DNA of 18,861 nucleotides from NCBI GenBank assembly GCA_965648915.1, contig CBFGIV010000044.1:1-18861 (forward strand), read 5' to 3'. This document shows positions 8,516 to 17,412 of the stretch, in pieces. A program made the position numbers and the translations under genes. Position 1 is the first letter of the stretch. Each line of letters opens with the position of its first letter. Under the pieces are notes generated by a model that was given only the letters and a program-made list of their open reading frames with translations, searched no databases and was not told where the DNA came from. The DNA comes from a candidate division WOR-3 bacterium. GTDB taxonomy: Bacteria; Hydrothermota; Tepidihabitantia; SM23-42; CAYGYG01.

Positions 8516-8543
8516 TTGACATCTATGTCAACTGCAATATTAT
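8516..8543 (+). promoter_or_regulatory. Putative leaderless promoter of the HD-GYP gene with a palindrome over the -35 box
   Basis: TTGACA (8516-8521), 16 bp spacer, TATTAT (8538-8543), ATG at 8552 with no SD. TTGACAT-ct-ATGTCAA (8516-8531) is a perfect inverted repeat. Confidence 0.55.
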
Positions 8544-8551
8544 ATTATAAC

Positions 8552-11500
8552 ATGAAGATTAGAACCAGAATGATCCTTTCCTTTCTTACCTTCTTTAATC
8601 TCTATTTTATCCTTGTGATGATTCACACTCACTATCAAGCATTGAAGGCGAAGAAAGAAACGATTGCTAAACAGAGCCAGATTGTTGCGAACTTTGTAGG
8701 TAAATTCATTTTAACCAGGAGGCCCACAGATAAAGAACTGATTGAGATTAAAGAAAAGTTGAAAGGGATTGGTTGTCAATTTGATGTAACGCACCTCATC
8801 GTTCAGGATTCACTCAATCGAATCATCGCAACTACTGATCATTCACTTGATTTTGAGATTTTATCCGGTCAAAATGCGGCCGGTTCGTTAGTTCAACTTA
8901 ATGATAAAACGGTCGTCTTCACCCTGCCACTGAAGGATAAAGATAAGAAGATGTTAGGGGTTGGTTTTGATGTCCGGGTTCTTAAAGGAATTGACCGAAG
9001 GCAATTTTTGCTTGGCTTACTGATGTTTTTAGGAATTAATCTAATAACAATTATTGTTGTCCAAATTTTTATCCCATATCTCACCCGCCCGGTCGCCGAG
9101 CTGATCGGCTTAACCCGAAGGATTAAAGATGGAGACTTTGATTTGAAGATAAAACCTCGTAAAGATGAATTTGGTGAACTCCAGCAAAATTTCTATAAGA
9201 TGGGTATCGAACTGAAAAGAGCCTTTGGTGATTTAAAAAAGAGAAAAGAATCTTATGAATTACTGGATAGATTATTGATGGAAGATATTACTGCCTGGAA
9301 GGTTAAAGATTTTATGAACAGGATTGCGGACTATTACTCGTCGATCTTCAGTGACTCGGTTCTGGTAATTGGTATAGAGGAGAGGAGAAGGAAATCTCTC
9401 GATATAAGGGTCTATCCCCCTGACTGTGGGATACCGAGAAATTTTATCCTCAACCTCTTGACTGAAACGATGGATAAAAAGACGATGATTCAACACCGTT
9501 TGATCGACAGGAAAGACTTGGGCGGTTATCATACTGCATTATTCTTCCCTTTCAGCGATAAAGAGAAGATTTATGGAGCAATCGGGATGTTGAGTCGCGG
9601 ATCGCTCGACCTGGACGATTCTGCCTCTTTTGAACTCTTCAGTAAGGCAGCAAATCATATTCTGAATTATATCTTATTGCTCAGGCGATTAAAGGATTAT
9701 TCTGAATTTTTAAAAGATATCCATTTATCAGGTCTTAAGATATCTCTATCCGCTGATCTCAAAGATCAAATAAACGAGGCGATGGATCAGGCGGCACGGC
9801 TTTTTAATTTTAAGCGGATATCTACCTTCATCATAAAAAAAGGCCAATGGTTGCGTTTTGACTGGTCGCACCCTTTGACACGGTCTGAAGATGAATTAAG
9901 AAGACTTACCCATTCGATCCGAAATGTCCGGATCGTTGACCAGAAACTTATGGTTGGACCGCTCGGGGTCAAAGATAAGCAGGTTGGTTATATATTTGGT
10001 GAGTGGGAAGAGAATGAGTCGATCGTTGATAAAAGCAGTATGAGTTTGATAGCAATCTTTTTGAATCAACTATCGATCAGTTTAATAAATTCATCTTTAT
10101 ATTCGGAACTTAATAATAAATGTGAAATATTGGAAGGTTTACATGAGATATCAAAGTCCTTTTCCTTTGCCAAAGAGAGAGAAATAATCTTCGGGGAGAT
10201 GGTTGAGAAGATTGCCCGGTTTACCGGTGTGACCAAAATACTGATTTCCCTCTATGACCCTGAGAAGAATGAGTTGTCCGGCCAATTGCCGGGCTATGGC
10301 GTATCCGAAGAAGCGGTCAAAGAATTTAAATTCAAACTTGATGAGCCGAGTGTTGCCCGTCAGATCTTCGAAACCGATAGACCATTTTATACTAATAATA
10401 TTTTAAGTGATTCCACCCCGATCAAACGATTTGTGAAACTGTTTGATTTAAAGACCTTGCTCGCTGTTCCCTTGAAAGTTAAGGGTAAGATGATTGGAAT
10501 TCTCTATGCGGCTGACAAAGTTGATTGTCAGCCGTTTACTGAGGATGATCTCCAGATCTATACAATATTTGCCTCTCAAGCATCTTCGGTTATTGAACAC
10601 ATCAAACTTTATGACGAGATGAAAAGACATATTCACGAACTGGCAATCCTCAATGAGATGCAGCAACAGTTCAGTTCTTCAATCGAACTGAGTGATGTGC
10701 TTAAAACAATTATTCAGGTTATCCAGGAGAAGACCGGTTACGATTTTCTTGGTATCGGTTTATATGATGAATACAGTAAAGAGATTGTCGGTAAGGCCTG
10801 GAGTGATCAGGCAATGATCTCCCAGGGTGGTCTTAGAACCCAACTTGGTAAAGGGATTGTTGGTAATGCAGCCCTGGTAGGGGAGCCAATCTATATCCCA
10901 GATACAACCAAAGATGAGAATTATATCGAGATCTTGCCCGGGGTCAAATCAGAACTGGCGATACCGATCAAATATCGGGGCAGATTGCTGGGGGTGCTTG
11001 ATATTGAGAGTAAGCAGAGAAATGCCTTTAGTCCAGGCAATATCGATTTTCTAAAGACCGTTGCCAATCTTGCTGGGCTGGCAATTGAGAATGCTCTCTT
11101 ATATTATGAATCAGAAAGGGGATTTGTTGAAACGGTTAAAGCGCTGGTTATGATGATCGATGCCAACGACCATTATACCCGTGGCCATTCCGAGAGGGTT
11201 ATGAATTATTCGGTTAAGATTGCCGAAAGGATGGGGTTGAGTCAGGAAGAAATTAATGAGATTCGCTATGCCGCACTTCTGCACGACATCGGCAAAGTTG
11301 GAGTTTCAGAGGTGATTATTGCTAAAAAGGGCGAATTGACTGATGAAGAGCGCGATGAGGTAAAACTTCATCCCCTGATCGGTGCCCAGATGCTTGATGA
11401 GATCAAATATTTTTCAAAGATCAGATTTTTAATCCGTTCCCACCACGAACATTACGATGGTAGTGGTTATCCCTACGGGATTAAAGGCGATGCTATACCG

Positions 11501-11689
11501 CTTGGTGCCAGGATTATTGCTGTGGCCGACAATTATGAGGCATTGACTTCAGATCGACCATATCGACCGGCATTTTCCCGGGCGCAGGCAATTGAAATAC
11601 TTAAGGAGGGCGCCGGGACAAAGTTTGATCCCGAGATTGTTGGTGTTCTGCTTACCATATTGAGGGATGAGGAGATAGAAGAGATTTAA
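8552..11689 (+). CDS. Membrane-anchored HAMP + multi-GAF + HD-GYP cyclic-dinucleotide phosphodiesterase
   Basis: Two TM helices around a periplasmic segment, HAMP (LTRPVAEL...KDEFGELQQNF), GAF repeats (LLAVPL.VKG.MIG; SELAIPIKY.GRLLGVLDIES) and an intact HD-GYP domain (HSERV, LLHDIGK, HHEHYDGSGYP, DRPYRPA). Start moved from TTG 8378 to ATG 8552. Confidence 0.92.
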   Translation: MKIRTRMILSFLTFFNLYFILVMIHTHYQALKAKKETIAKQSQIVANFVGKFILTRRPTDKELIEIKEKLKGIGCQFDVTHLIVQDSLNRIIATTDHSLDFEILSGQNAAGSLVQLNDKTVVFTLPLKDKDKKMLGVGFDVRVLKGIDRRQFLLGLLMFLGINLITIIVVQIFIPYLTRPVAELIGLTRRIKDGDFDLKIKPRKDEFGELQQNFYKMGIELKRAFGDLKKRKESYELLDRLLMEDITAWKVKDFMNRIADYYSSIFSDSVLVIGIEERRRKSLDIRVYPPDCGIPRNFILNLLTETMDKKTMIQHRLIDRKDLGGYHTALFFPFSDKEKIYGAIGMLSRGSLDLDDSASFELFSKAANHILNYILLLRRLKDYSEFLKDIHLSGLKISLSADLKDQINEAMDQAARLFNFKRISTFIIKKGQWLRFDWSHPLTRSEDELRRLTHSIRNVRIVDQKLMVGPLGVKDKQVGYIFGEWEENESIVDKSSMSLIAIFLNQLSISLINSSLYSELNNKCEILEGLHEISKSFSFAKEREIIFGEMVEKIARFTGVTKILISLYDPEKNELSGQLPGYGVSEEAVKEFKFKLDEPSVARQIFETDRPFYTNNILSDSTPIKRFVKLFDLKTLLAVPLKVKGKMIGILYAADKVDCQPFTEDDLQIYTIFASQASSVIEHIKLYDEMKRHIHELAILNEMQQQFSSSIELSDVLKTIIQVIQEKTGYDFLGIGLYDEYSKEIVGKAWSDQAMISQGGLRTQLGKGIVGNAALVGEPIYIPDTTKDENYIEILPGVKSELAIPIKYRGRLLGVLDIESKQRNAFSPGNIDFLKTVANLAGLAIENALLYYESERGFVETVKALVMMIDANDHYTRGHSERVMNYSVKIAERMGLSQEEINEIRYAALLHDIGKVGVSEVIIAKKGELTDEERDEVKLHPLIGAQMLDEIKYFSKIRFLIRSHHEHYDGSGYPYGIKGDAIPLGARIIAVADNYEALTSDRPYRPAFSRAQAIEILKEGAGTKFDPEIVGVLLTILRDEEIEEI

Positions 11690-11722
11690 GATAAAGAATC
11701 GATTAAACTCAATAAATTATCC

Positions 11723-12427
11723 TTAAGCACCCAGATATGCTTCTTTGACCAATGAATTTTCTAAGAGGCGAGAGGATGTGTCTTCAAGCACAATCCGGCC
11801 GGTTTCGAGCACATAGCCGCGATGGGCAATCGATAGAGCCATTCGGGCATTCTGTTCAACGAGAAGGATTGTAACCCCTTCTCTGTTGATCTTCGCGATG
11901 ATTTCAAATATCAGGCTGACAAACTTTGGGGCCAGACCAAGCGATGGTTCGTCTAAAAGGAGTAATTTGGGTTTTGCCATAAGACCCCGGGCAATTGCCA
12001 GCATCTGCTGCTCGCCACCGGAGAGGGTGCCCCCTTTTTGATCTTTTCGTTCTTTTAAGATAGGAAAGAGAGAAAAGATCCAGTCGAGGTCGCTTTTGAT
12101 CTCCTGACGATTTCTTCTTAAGAAAGCGCCCATCTCGAGATTCTCCATAACTGTGAGGCGAGGGAAGATGTGACGCCCTTCGGGCACCTGGGTAATCCCC
12201 AGTCTGACTATCTCGCGGGTGGATAGTTGATGAATGGGGGTATTCTCAAAGAAGATTGAGCCACTACTACATCTAACGATATTACAGATGGTCATCAAAG
12301 TCGTTGTTTTGCCGGCACCGTTGGCACCGAGGAGGGTGACAATCTCTCCCTGGTTAATGGTGAGAGAAATATCTTTCAGAACCGGTCTTGGTCCATAACC
12401 AGCAAAGATGTTAGTAAGTTTAAGCAT
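11723..12427 (-). CDS. livF: Branched-chain amino acid ABC transporter ATP-binding subunit
   Basis: GANGAGKTT, VPEGRHIF, LSGGEQQMLAIAR, LDEPSLGLAP and EAYLG. Confidence 0.96.
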   Translation of the reverse strand: MLKLTNIFAGYGPRPVLKDISLTINQGEIVTLLGANGAGKTTTLMTICNIVRCSSGSIFFENTPIHQLSTREIVRLGITQVPEGRHIFPRLTVMENLEMGAFLRRNRQEIKSDLDWIFSLFPILKERKDQKGGTLSGGEQQMLAIARGLMAKPKLLLLDEPSLGLAPKFVSLIFEIIAKINREGVTILLVEQNARMALSIAHRGYVLETGRIVLEDTSSRLLENSLVKEAYLGA

Positions 12428-13184
12428 CGACTTTTCCTAAATATGCCTCGATCACCTTAGGATCACTACTTACCTCTTCGGGTGTGCCTTCGGCAATCTT
12501 TATACCATAATCAAGCACTGATATTCGTTTGCAGATGCCCATTACTACCCGCATATGATGTTCGATGAGAATGACGGTGACCCCGCTGTCGTTAACTTTT
12601 TTTATCAGATTCATTAAGTCAATAATTTCGACCGGATTCATACCGGCGGCTGGTTCATCGAGAAAGAGGAGTGATGGGCCGGTGGCAAGGGCACGGGCAA
12701 TTTCGAGTCGTCGCTGCCAGCCATAGGGCAAATTTTTTGCAATCTCATTTTTGCATTCAGCCAGGCCAACAAATTTGAGATAATCCATTGCTTTCTGCTG
12801 ACATTCCTGTTCTTCCTCAATAACCCAGCGGGGCTTGAATATCGCACCAAAGATATTACATTTTGTTTTGCTGTGAAAGCCGACCAGGACATTTTCGAGC
12901 ACGGTCATTTCGTAGAAGAGCCGAATATTCTGGAAGGTTCGGGCAATACCGATGTTGACAATCTCATCGGGACGTTTTTTGTTTATAGATTCTCCCTTGA
13001 AGATGATTTCGCCTGAGGTTGGTGGATAGAGACCGGTAACACAATTGAAAAAAGTTGTTTTACCCGCACCATTGGGTCCGATCAGCCCAACGATTTCACC
13101 TTCCCTGACATTAAAATCGACATTTTCGAGGGCCCTTACCCCGCCAAAAAATTTGCTAATCTTTCTGGCTTCGAGGATCATCAT
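12420..13184 (-). CDS. livG: Branched-chain amino acid ABC transporter ATP-binding subunit
   Basis: FGGVRAL, GPNGAGKTT, ARTFQNIRLF, LPYG.QRRLEIARAL, DEPAAGMN and VIEAYLG. ATGA overlap with livM. Confidence 0.96.
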   Translation of the reverse strand: MMILEARKISKFFGGVRALENVDFNVREGEIVGLIGPNGAGKTTFFNCVTGLYPPTSGEIIFKGESINKKRPDEIVNIGIARTFQNIRLFYEMTVLENVLVGFHSKTKCNIFGAIFKPRWVIEEEQECQQKAMDYLKFVGLAECKNEIAKNLPYGWQRRLEIARALATGPSLLFLDEPAAGMNPVEIIDLMNLIKKVNDSGVTVILIEHHMRVVMGICKRISVLDYGIKIAEGTPEEVSSDPKVIEAYLGKVDA

Positions 13185-14320
13185 AAATTATTGCCTGCCT
13201 TTTCAATTTCAATATTGGATATTACCTCCGTTGCACCGCGCTTCACCGGTAATATTCCCTGGGGCAGGAAACGCATCAAGATTATCATTCCAATGCCAAA
13301 GAGAAGCATTCGGTAATTTTGAAAACTGCGCAGGGCTTCGGGTAAGAGGATAAGAATTACCGCGCCGAGAATCGCGCCGGAGATACTCCCCATCCCACCG
13401 ACAATCACCATACAGAGGATAATCACTGATTCTAAGAAGGTAAAACTCTCGGGCGAAACATGCGTCATCTTGGACGCAAAAAAAGCGCCAGCAACACCGG
13501 CAACCGAAGCACTGATACCGAAAGCAAGAAGTTTATAAAGGGTCACATTTATGCCCATTGCGGCTGCGGCCAGATCGTCTTCTCTTATTGCTACCCAGGC
13601 TCGACCAATCCGGGATCGGTCGAGACGATTAAAAACAAATATGGCAATGATGATGAAGAGAATAATGAGATAATAATAGTAGATCGGTTCACGCAGTATG
13701 AAGCCGAAAATCTGGGGACGGGCAATATGCATAATACCATTGGGGCCGCGCGTCAATTCATCCCAGTTATTGATGACAATGCGGGTTATCTCACCAAAAC
13801 CTAATGTTACAATCGCCAGATAATCACCCCTTAAACGCAGAACCGGTAGCCCGACCAGTAAGCCGAAGACCATCGCCGTTACAGCACAGATGGGGAGACA
13901 GAGAAAAAAGGGTATATGGTAGTGAACCGAAAGCAGGGCATAGGTATAAGCGCCGATTGCATAGAAGGCAACATAGCCAAGAACCAGGAGCCCGGTTAGG
14001 CCAACGACGATATTCAATCCGATGGTCAGAAAGGCATAGATACCACAGATGGTTGCGACATCAAGGAGATATCGATTTATAAAAAGAGGCAGCAGGATAA
14101 GAAAGATCAGAATTAATCCATAGATTATTTTTTGTTGTTTGGAAATTTCCAGTTTTCTTATCTTTATTTTCCGAGTTATTTCAACCCTTGGGAAAAACTG
14201 AAAAAATGAGAGGGCAAAGATGATACCAGCGACAATGAGGGCTTTAACCAATCCAGTAAAGGGTAGAATGACCAGACCGGTCCAGCAAGCCCACAATAAT
14301 GAATTTTTAATTCTCTTCAT
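13181..14320 (-). CDS. livM: Branched-chain amino acid ABC transporter permease
   Basis: GLNIVVG..GLL.LGY.AFYAIGAY, LRLRGDYLAIVTLGFGEI and GRAWVAIRED. The ATG at 14320 overlaps the livH stop (TGATG). Confidence 0.95.
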   Translation of the reverse strand: MKRIKNSLLWACWTGLVILPFTGLVKALIVAGIIFALSFFQFFPRVEITRKIKIRKLEISKQQKIIYGLILIFLILLPLFINRYLLDVATICGIYAFLTIGLNIVVGLTGLLVLGYVAFYAIGAYTYALLSVHYHIPFFLCLPICAVTAMVFGLLVGLPVLRLRGDYLAIVTLGFGEITRIVINNWDELTRGPNGIMHIARPQIFGFILREPIYYYYLIILFIIIAIFVFNRLDRSRIGRAWVAIREDDLAAAAMGINVTLYKLLAFGISASVAGVAGAFFASKMTHVSPESFTFLESVIILCMVIVGGMGSISGAILGAVILILLPEALRSFQNYRMLLFGIGMIILMRFLPQGILPVKRGATEVISNIEIEKAGNNL

Positions 14321-15273
14321 CAATACTTCTCCGGAACCCTTTCACCCAGAATCCCCTGGGGTCTGATGATTAAGACAATAACCAGAATAATAAAGGCATA
14401 AGCATCTTTATATTCACAGGAGAGGTATCCTGCGGCCATACTCTCAACCAGGCCGAGCATAAGTCCACCCAGCATCGCACCGGTTATATTCCCGATTCCG
14501 CCAAGGACCGCAGCGGTAAAAGCCTTGATACCAGCGATATAGCCGATAAAATAGTGGACCCGACCATAATAGAAGGCAATCATTACGCCCGCCGCAGCAC
14601 CGAGGGCTGAACCGATTATAAACGTGATTGAGATAATCGTATCAACATTAATACCGAGCAACATTGCAATTGCCCTGTTCTGGGCAGTAGCGCGCATTGC
14701 CTTACCGGTCTTTGTTTTGCCAATAAATAGACTTAAAAAAATCATCAGGAAGATCGAGGTCAAGACAATCAGTATCTGGATAAAGGTTATCTGACTGTTA
14801 CCGATGATGATGCCTTCAGTGGTAAGATTATGTTCGGTAATAAAGATTTTTACAACGGCATTCAATTGACGGTTCAGGCTGTTGACAAAGTTAGGGGGGA
14901 AGACTTTGTCCTGTGCTCCCTGGGTTACCATAACAAAGTTTTGCAGGAAGATCGACATACCGAGGGCGGTGATGAGAGCAGAGAGTCTTGGAGCACTCCG
15001 GATCGGGCGGTAGGCGATTCTCTCCATAGTAAAGCCATAGGTTGAAGTATAAAAAATGGAAAAAAGAAAAATAAGTAAAAATATTATCAAGGCAGGCAGA
15101 TGGAGGGTGAAATTAGTGAGGAAGATTATTGCCAGATAAGCCCCGATCATATAGATTTCGCCGTGGGCAAAATTTATAAGTTCCATAATTCCGTAGACCA
15201 GTGTATAGCCAAGGGCGATAAGGGCATAGACACTGCCGACGGTTACACCGTTAATAATTTGCTGGAGGAACAC
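14320..15273 (-). CDS. livH: Branched-chain amino acid ABC transporter permease
   Basis: QQIINGVTVGSVYALIALGYTLVYG..INFAHGE, ERIAYRP, GKAMRA, KAFTAAVLGGIG and RPQGILG. Confidence 0.96.
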   Translation of the reverse strand: MFLQQIINGVTVGSVYALIALGYTLVYGIMELINFAHGEIYMIGAYLAIIFLTNFTLHLPALIIFLLIFLFSIFYTSTYGFTMERIAYRPIRSAPRLSALITALGMSIFLQNFVMVTQGAQDKVFPPNFVNSLNRQLNAVVKIFITEHNLTTEGIIIGNSQITFIQILIVLTSIFLMIFLSLFIGKTKTGKAMRATAQNRAIAMLLGINVDTIISITFIIGSALGAAAGVMIAFYYGRVHYFIGYIAGIKAFTAAVLGGIGNITGAMLGGLMLGLVESMAAGYLSCEYKDAYAFIILVIVLIIRPQGILGERVPEKY

Positions 15274-15280
15274 CGCTTCT

Positions 15281-15309
15281 ATTATATTGCAATTTTAACA
15301 GTTAGTCAA
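15281..15309 (-). promoter_or_regulatory. Sigma70 promoter of the liv operon, probably leaderless
   Basis: TTGACT (15309-15304), 17 bp spacer, TATAAT (15286-15281), then 7 nt to the GTG at 15273. Confidence 0.7.
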
Positions 15310-15393
15310 TAATTGAATCTTGTTAACTCTGGATTGGACTATAACGAAGATTGCCCAGCGAGTCTGAAGAAATTCTTCCAGAGAGATCTTGAT

Positions 15394-16209
15394 TCAGAAC
15401 GCAAAATCAAATTTGATTTTGAATCTTTTACCAATATCACTTATTCTCTCTTTTATCTGTTTTTCATACCGGGCTTTATTCAGATAATAATGTTGATAAT
15501 GAGTAAGTCTTTCAGGAAAATTTTCTTTCACCAATCTGATTACATTGTTCCAGACTTTTGGGTAGGGATTCAGGGAATCGAAGGTGATGCTATACGCCCC
15601 GGATTTTTCCGATAAATCAAATAACTGGCGCAGGGTTTCTTCATCATCAGAAAAGCAGGGAAGAAGCGGTGCAACAAAGACCCAGGTTAATATTTTATTT
15701 TGAGATAGGATTTTAAGTGCATTAAATCTCTCACCAACTTGAGCACTATTGGGTTCGAAGATTTTTCTGATCTTTTCTTCCAGGAGAGTTATTGTGAATC
15801 CGATTTCGACCTCATTAAATTTCAAAATAAGATCCAGGTCTCTCAGAACCAATGGTGATTTGGTTAATATTGAAATTGGATGTTTATAATATATTAGTAT
15901 TTCAAGGCATTTCCGTGTTAATTCATATTTTGCTTCAACTGGCTGATAGGTATCACAGACTGTTCCAAAGGAGATTTTGCTTTTTTGTTTAATCCCTTTT
16001 AATTGCCGGCTCAGTATTTGAGGACAGTTGATTTTAACATCGACAAACTCGCCCCAGGGTTCAGGATGATTGGTAAATCTCTTCATAAATACAGCGTAAC
16101 AATAGGCGCATTTATGCGCACACCCGACATAAGGATTCAGAGCATAGTCGATGCCCGGGATACCAGATTTATTGAGTATAGATTTACAGTAAATCTGTCT
16201 AATTACCAT
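15394..16209 (-). CDS. Radical SAM protein, spore-photoproduct-lyase-like (COG1533) family
   Basis: LNPYVGCAHKCAYCYA (CxxxCxxC), GTVCDTYQP.E.KY.LTR, ILTKS.LVLRD and IFEP. Start is ATG 16209 or GTG 16212. Confidence 0.9.
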   Translation of the reverse strand: MVIRQIYCKSILNKSGIPGIDYALNPYVGCAHKCAYCYAVFMKRFTNHPEPWGEFVDVKINCPQILSRQLKGIKQKSKISFGTVCDTYQPVEAKYELTRKCLEILIYYKHPISILTKSPLVLRDLDLILKFNEVEIGFTITLLEEKIRKIFEPNSAQVGERFNALKILSQNKILTWVFVAPLLPCFSDDEETLRQLFDLSEKSGAYSITFDSLNPYPKVWNNVIRLVKENFPERLTHYQHYYLNKARYEKQIKERISDIGKRFKIKFDFAF

Positions 16210-16215
16210 CACCCA

Positions 16216-16243
16216 AATTTAATAAGAATCTTACATTTGTCAA
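16216..16243 (-). promoter_or_regulatory. Putative leaderless promoter of the radical SAM gene
   Basis: TTGACA (16243-16238), 16 bp spacer, TAAATT (16221-16216), then 6 nt to the ATG at 16209. Confidence 0.55.
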
Positions 16244-16304
16244 TAGACTGGTCAGAGTGTTTGAGTGTGCCGGCTTTATCTGTATTTTTTGCTATCAAAT
16301 TTCC

Positions 16305-16332
16305 TTGATTATTTTTAGAGATTAAATATAAT
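16305..16332 (+). promoter_or_regulatory. Putative sigma70 promoter for 16421..17161
   Basis: TTGATT (16305-16310), 16 bp spacer, TATAAT (16327-16332). Confidence 0.45.
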
Positions 16333-16420
16333 TTCAAGGCACAACTTTTGTAAAAATCAGGTAGAGACTTAAAGCAATCCCTGCTGCCGCATCATAAATT
16401 ATAACTCAGGAGGTTTAACG

Positions 16421-17161
16421 ATGAAGAGTTTTAAAATTAGCGCATTTGTCATTGGTTTGTTTTTCATTATTTCTCTGGGTTCGACCTTAGATTTTCTAAC
16501 CGAGGCACAGGTCGATCTGAATGGCGATGGCAAGTCGGAAAAAATTTCAATCAGCGAGATTACCGAACTCGGCGGTTTTGTGTTAAAAGTGGATAAGATT
16601 TCAGTTCGAGGGAAGACGAGTGCTGAAGATGAAAAAGTAGATGGTTTTATTATTGTGGACATCGATACGACTGACCGATATAAAGAGATTGCAGTCCATA
16701 CCCCGGGGCCGAGTGACGATGATGAATATCTGATCTTCTGGTATGATGGAAAGTTAATAAGAGAGATGGGCCGGCTCTCGAGGTGGCCTGATTTTCCCGG
16801 AAACGGTATTGTGCTGGTAAAGGATTGGATGGGATTCTGGTCAAAAACCGATAAGTATCTCTTGAATAAGAAAACCAGAACCCTGCAATTGGTTCCCCAG
16901 GAACTTTACTATGTTGGGATTGAAGCAAGGATAAAAGAGACTTTCCCTATTTATAAATCAAGGGAAGGCTCAGATATTGTGGCTAATCTCAAACCCGGTA
17001 GTAAAATTTTTATCCTGGTATGCGACCCTTCGCCTCAGGGTTTGATCAATTTTGCCCGGTGGTGGTATTTGATTAAGTCCGAAACCGGTCTGGTCGGTTG
17101 GACAAGATTGGGTTCAGATACTATCCGGGGAAAGGTAGAAGGCCTGCCCTGGGCAGATTAA
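16421..17161 (+). CDS. Hypothetical exported protein (signal peptide, DLNGDG Ca-binding-like motif, possible C-terminal SH3-like domain)
   Basis: AGGAGG RBS at 16408-16413, hydrophobic N-terminus, VDLNGDGKSEKI and WYLIKSETGLVGW. Confidence 0.75.
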   Translation: MKSFKISAFVIGLFFIISLGSTLDFLTEAQVDLNGDGKSEKISISEITELGGFVLKVDKISVRGKTSAEDEKVDGFIIVDIDTTDRYKEIAVHTPGPSDDDEYLIFWYDGKLIREMGRLSRWPDFPGNGIVLVKDWMGFWSKTDKYLLNKKTRTLQLVPQELYYVGIEARIKETFPIYKSREGSDIVANLKPGSKIFILVCDPSPQGLINFARWWYLIKSETGLVGWTRLGSDTIRGKVEGLPWAD

Positions 17162-17412
17162 TCTGTTTTATTTAATTTTCTGCTTGTCTGTTGTACAAAA
17201 AAATTAAGAAGGATGGGGCTTGGAAGAAAATTTCTTTATAGAATAGTCATTGACTTGGTCAAAAGAAGAGTAAAAGCGGTTGAGTCATTTACCTGAAGGG
17301 TAATTTTGGAAAAATCATTCCGACTCTTAGATTTTTTCTAAGAAAAATTGGTTTAAATTTTTTTGAAATGACATAGAATTTTTACTTACGAGGTTAGTAA
17401 CGAAGGTCAGCC

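Noticed and set aside
8378..8551. 58-codon N-terminal extension of the HD-GYP ORF from TTG 8378
   Set aside because: It overlaps the RBS and promoter of the divergent selenoprotein gene and has intergenic-like composition. ATG 8552 follows a promoter and gives a normal MKIRTR+TM start.
12638..15615. Short alternative-frame or antisense ORFs in the track (e.g. 13045..13353, 13460..13804, 15313..15615, and similar ones over copA, fhs, TMTC and HD-GYP)
   Set aside because: They are shadows of well-supported genes, with no RBS or recognisable motifs.
16333..16420. c-di-GMP riboswitch in the leader of 16421
   Set aside because: It lacks the GEMM GGCAAA...GAAA...GACGCAAAGC organisation.
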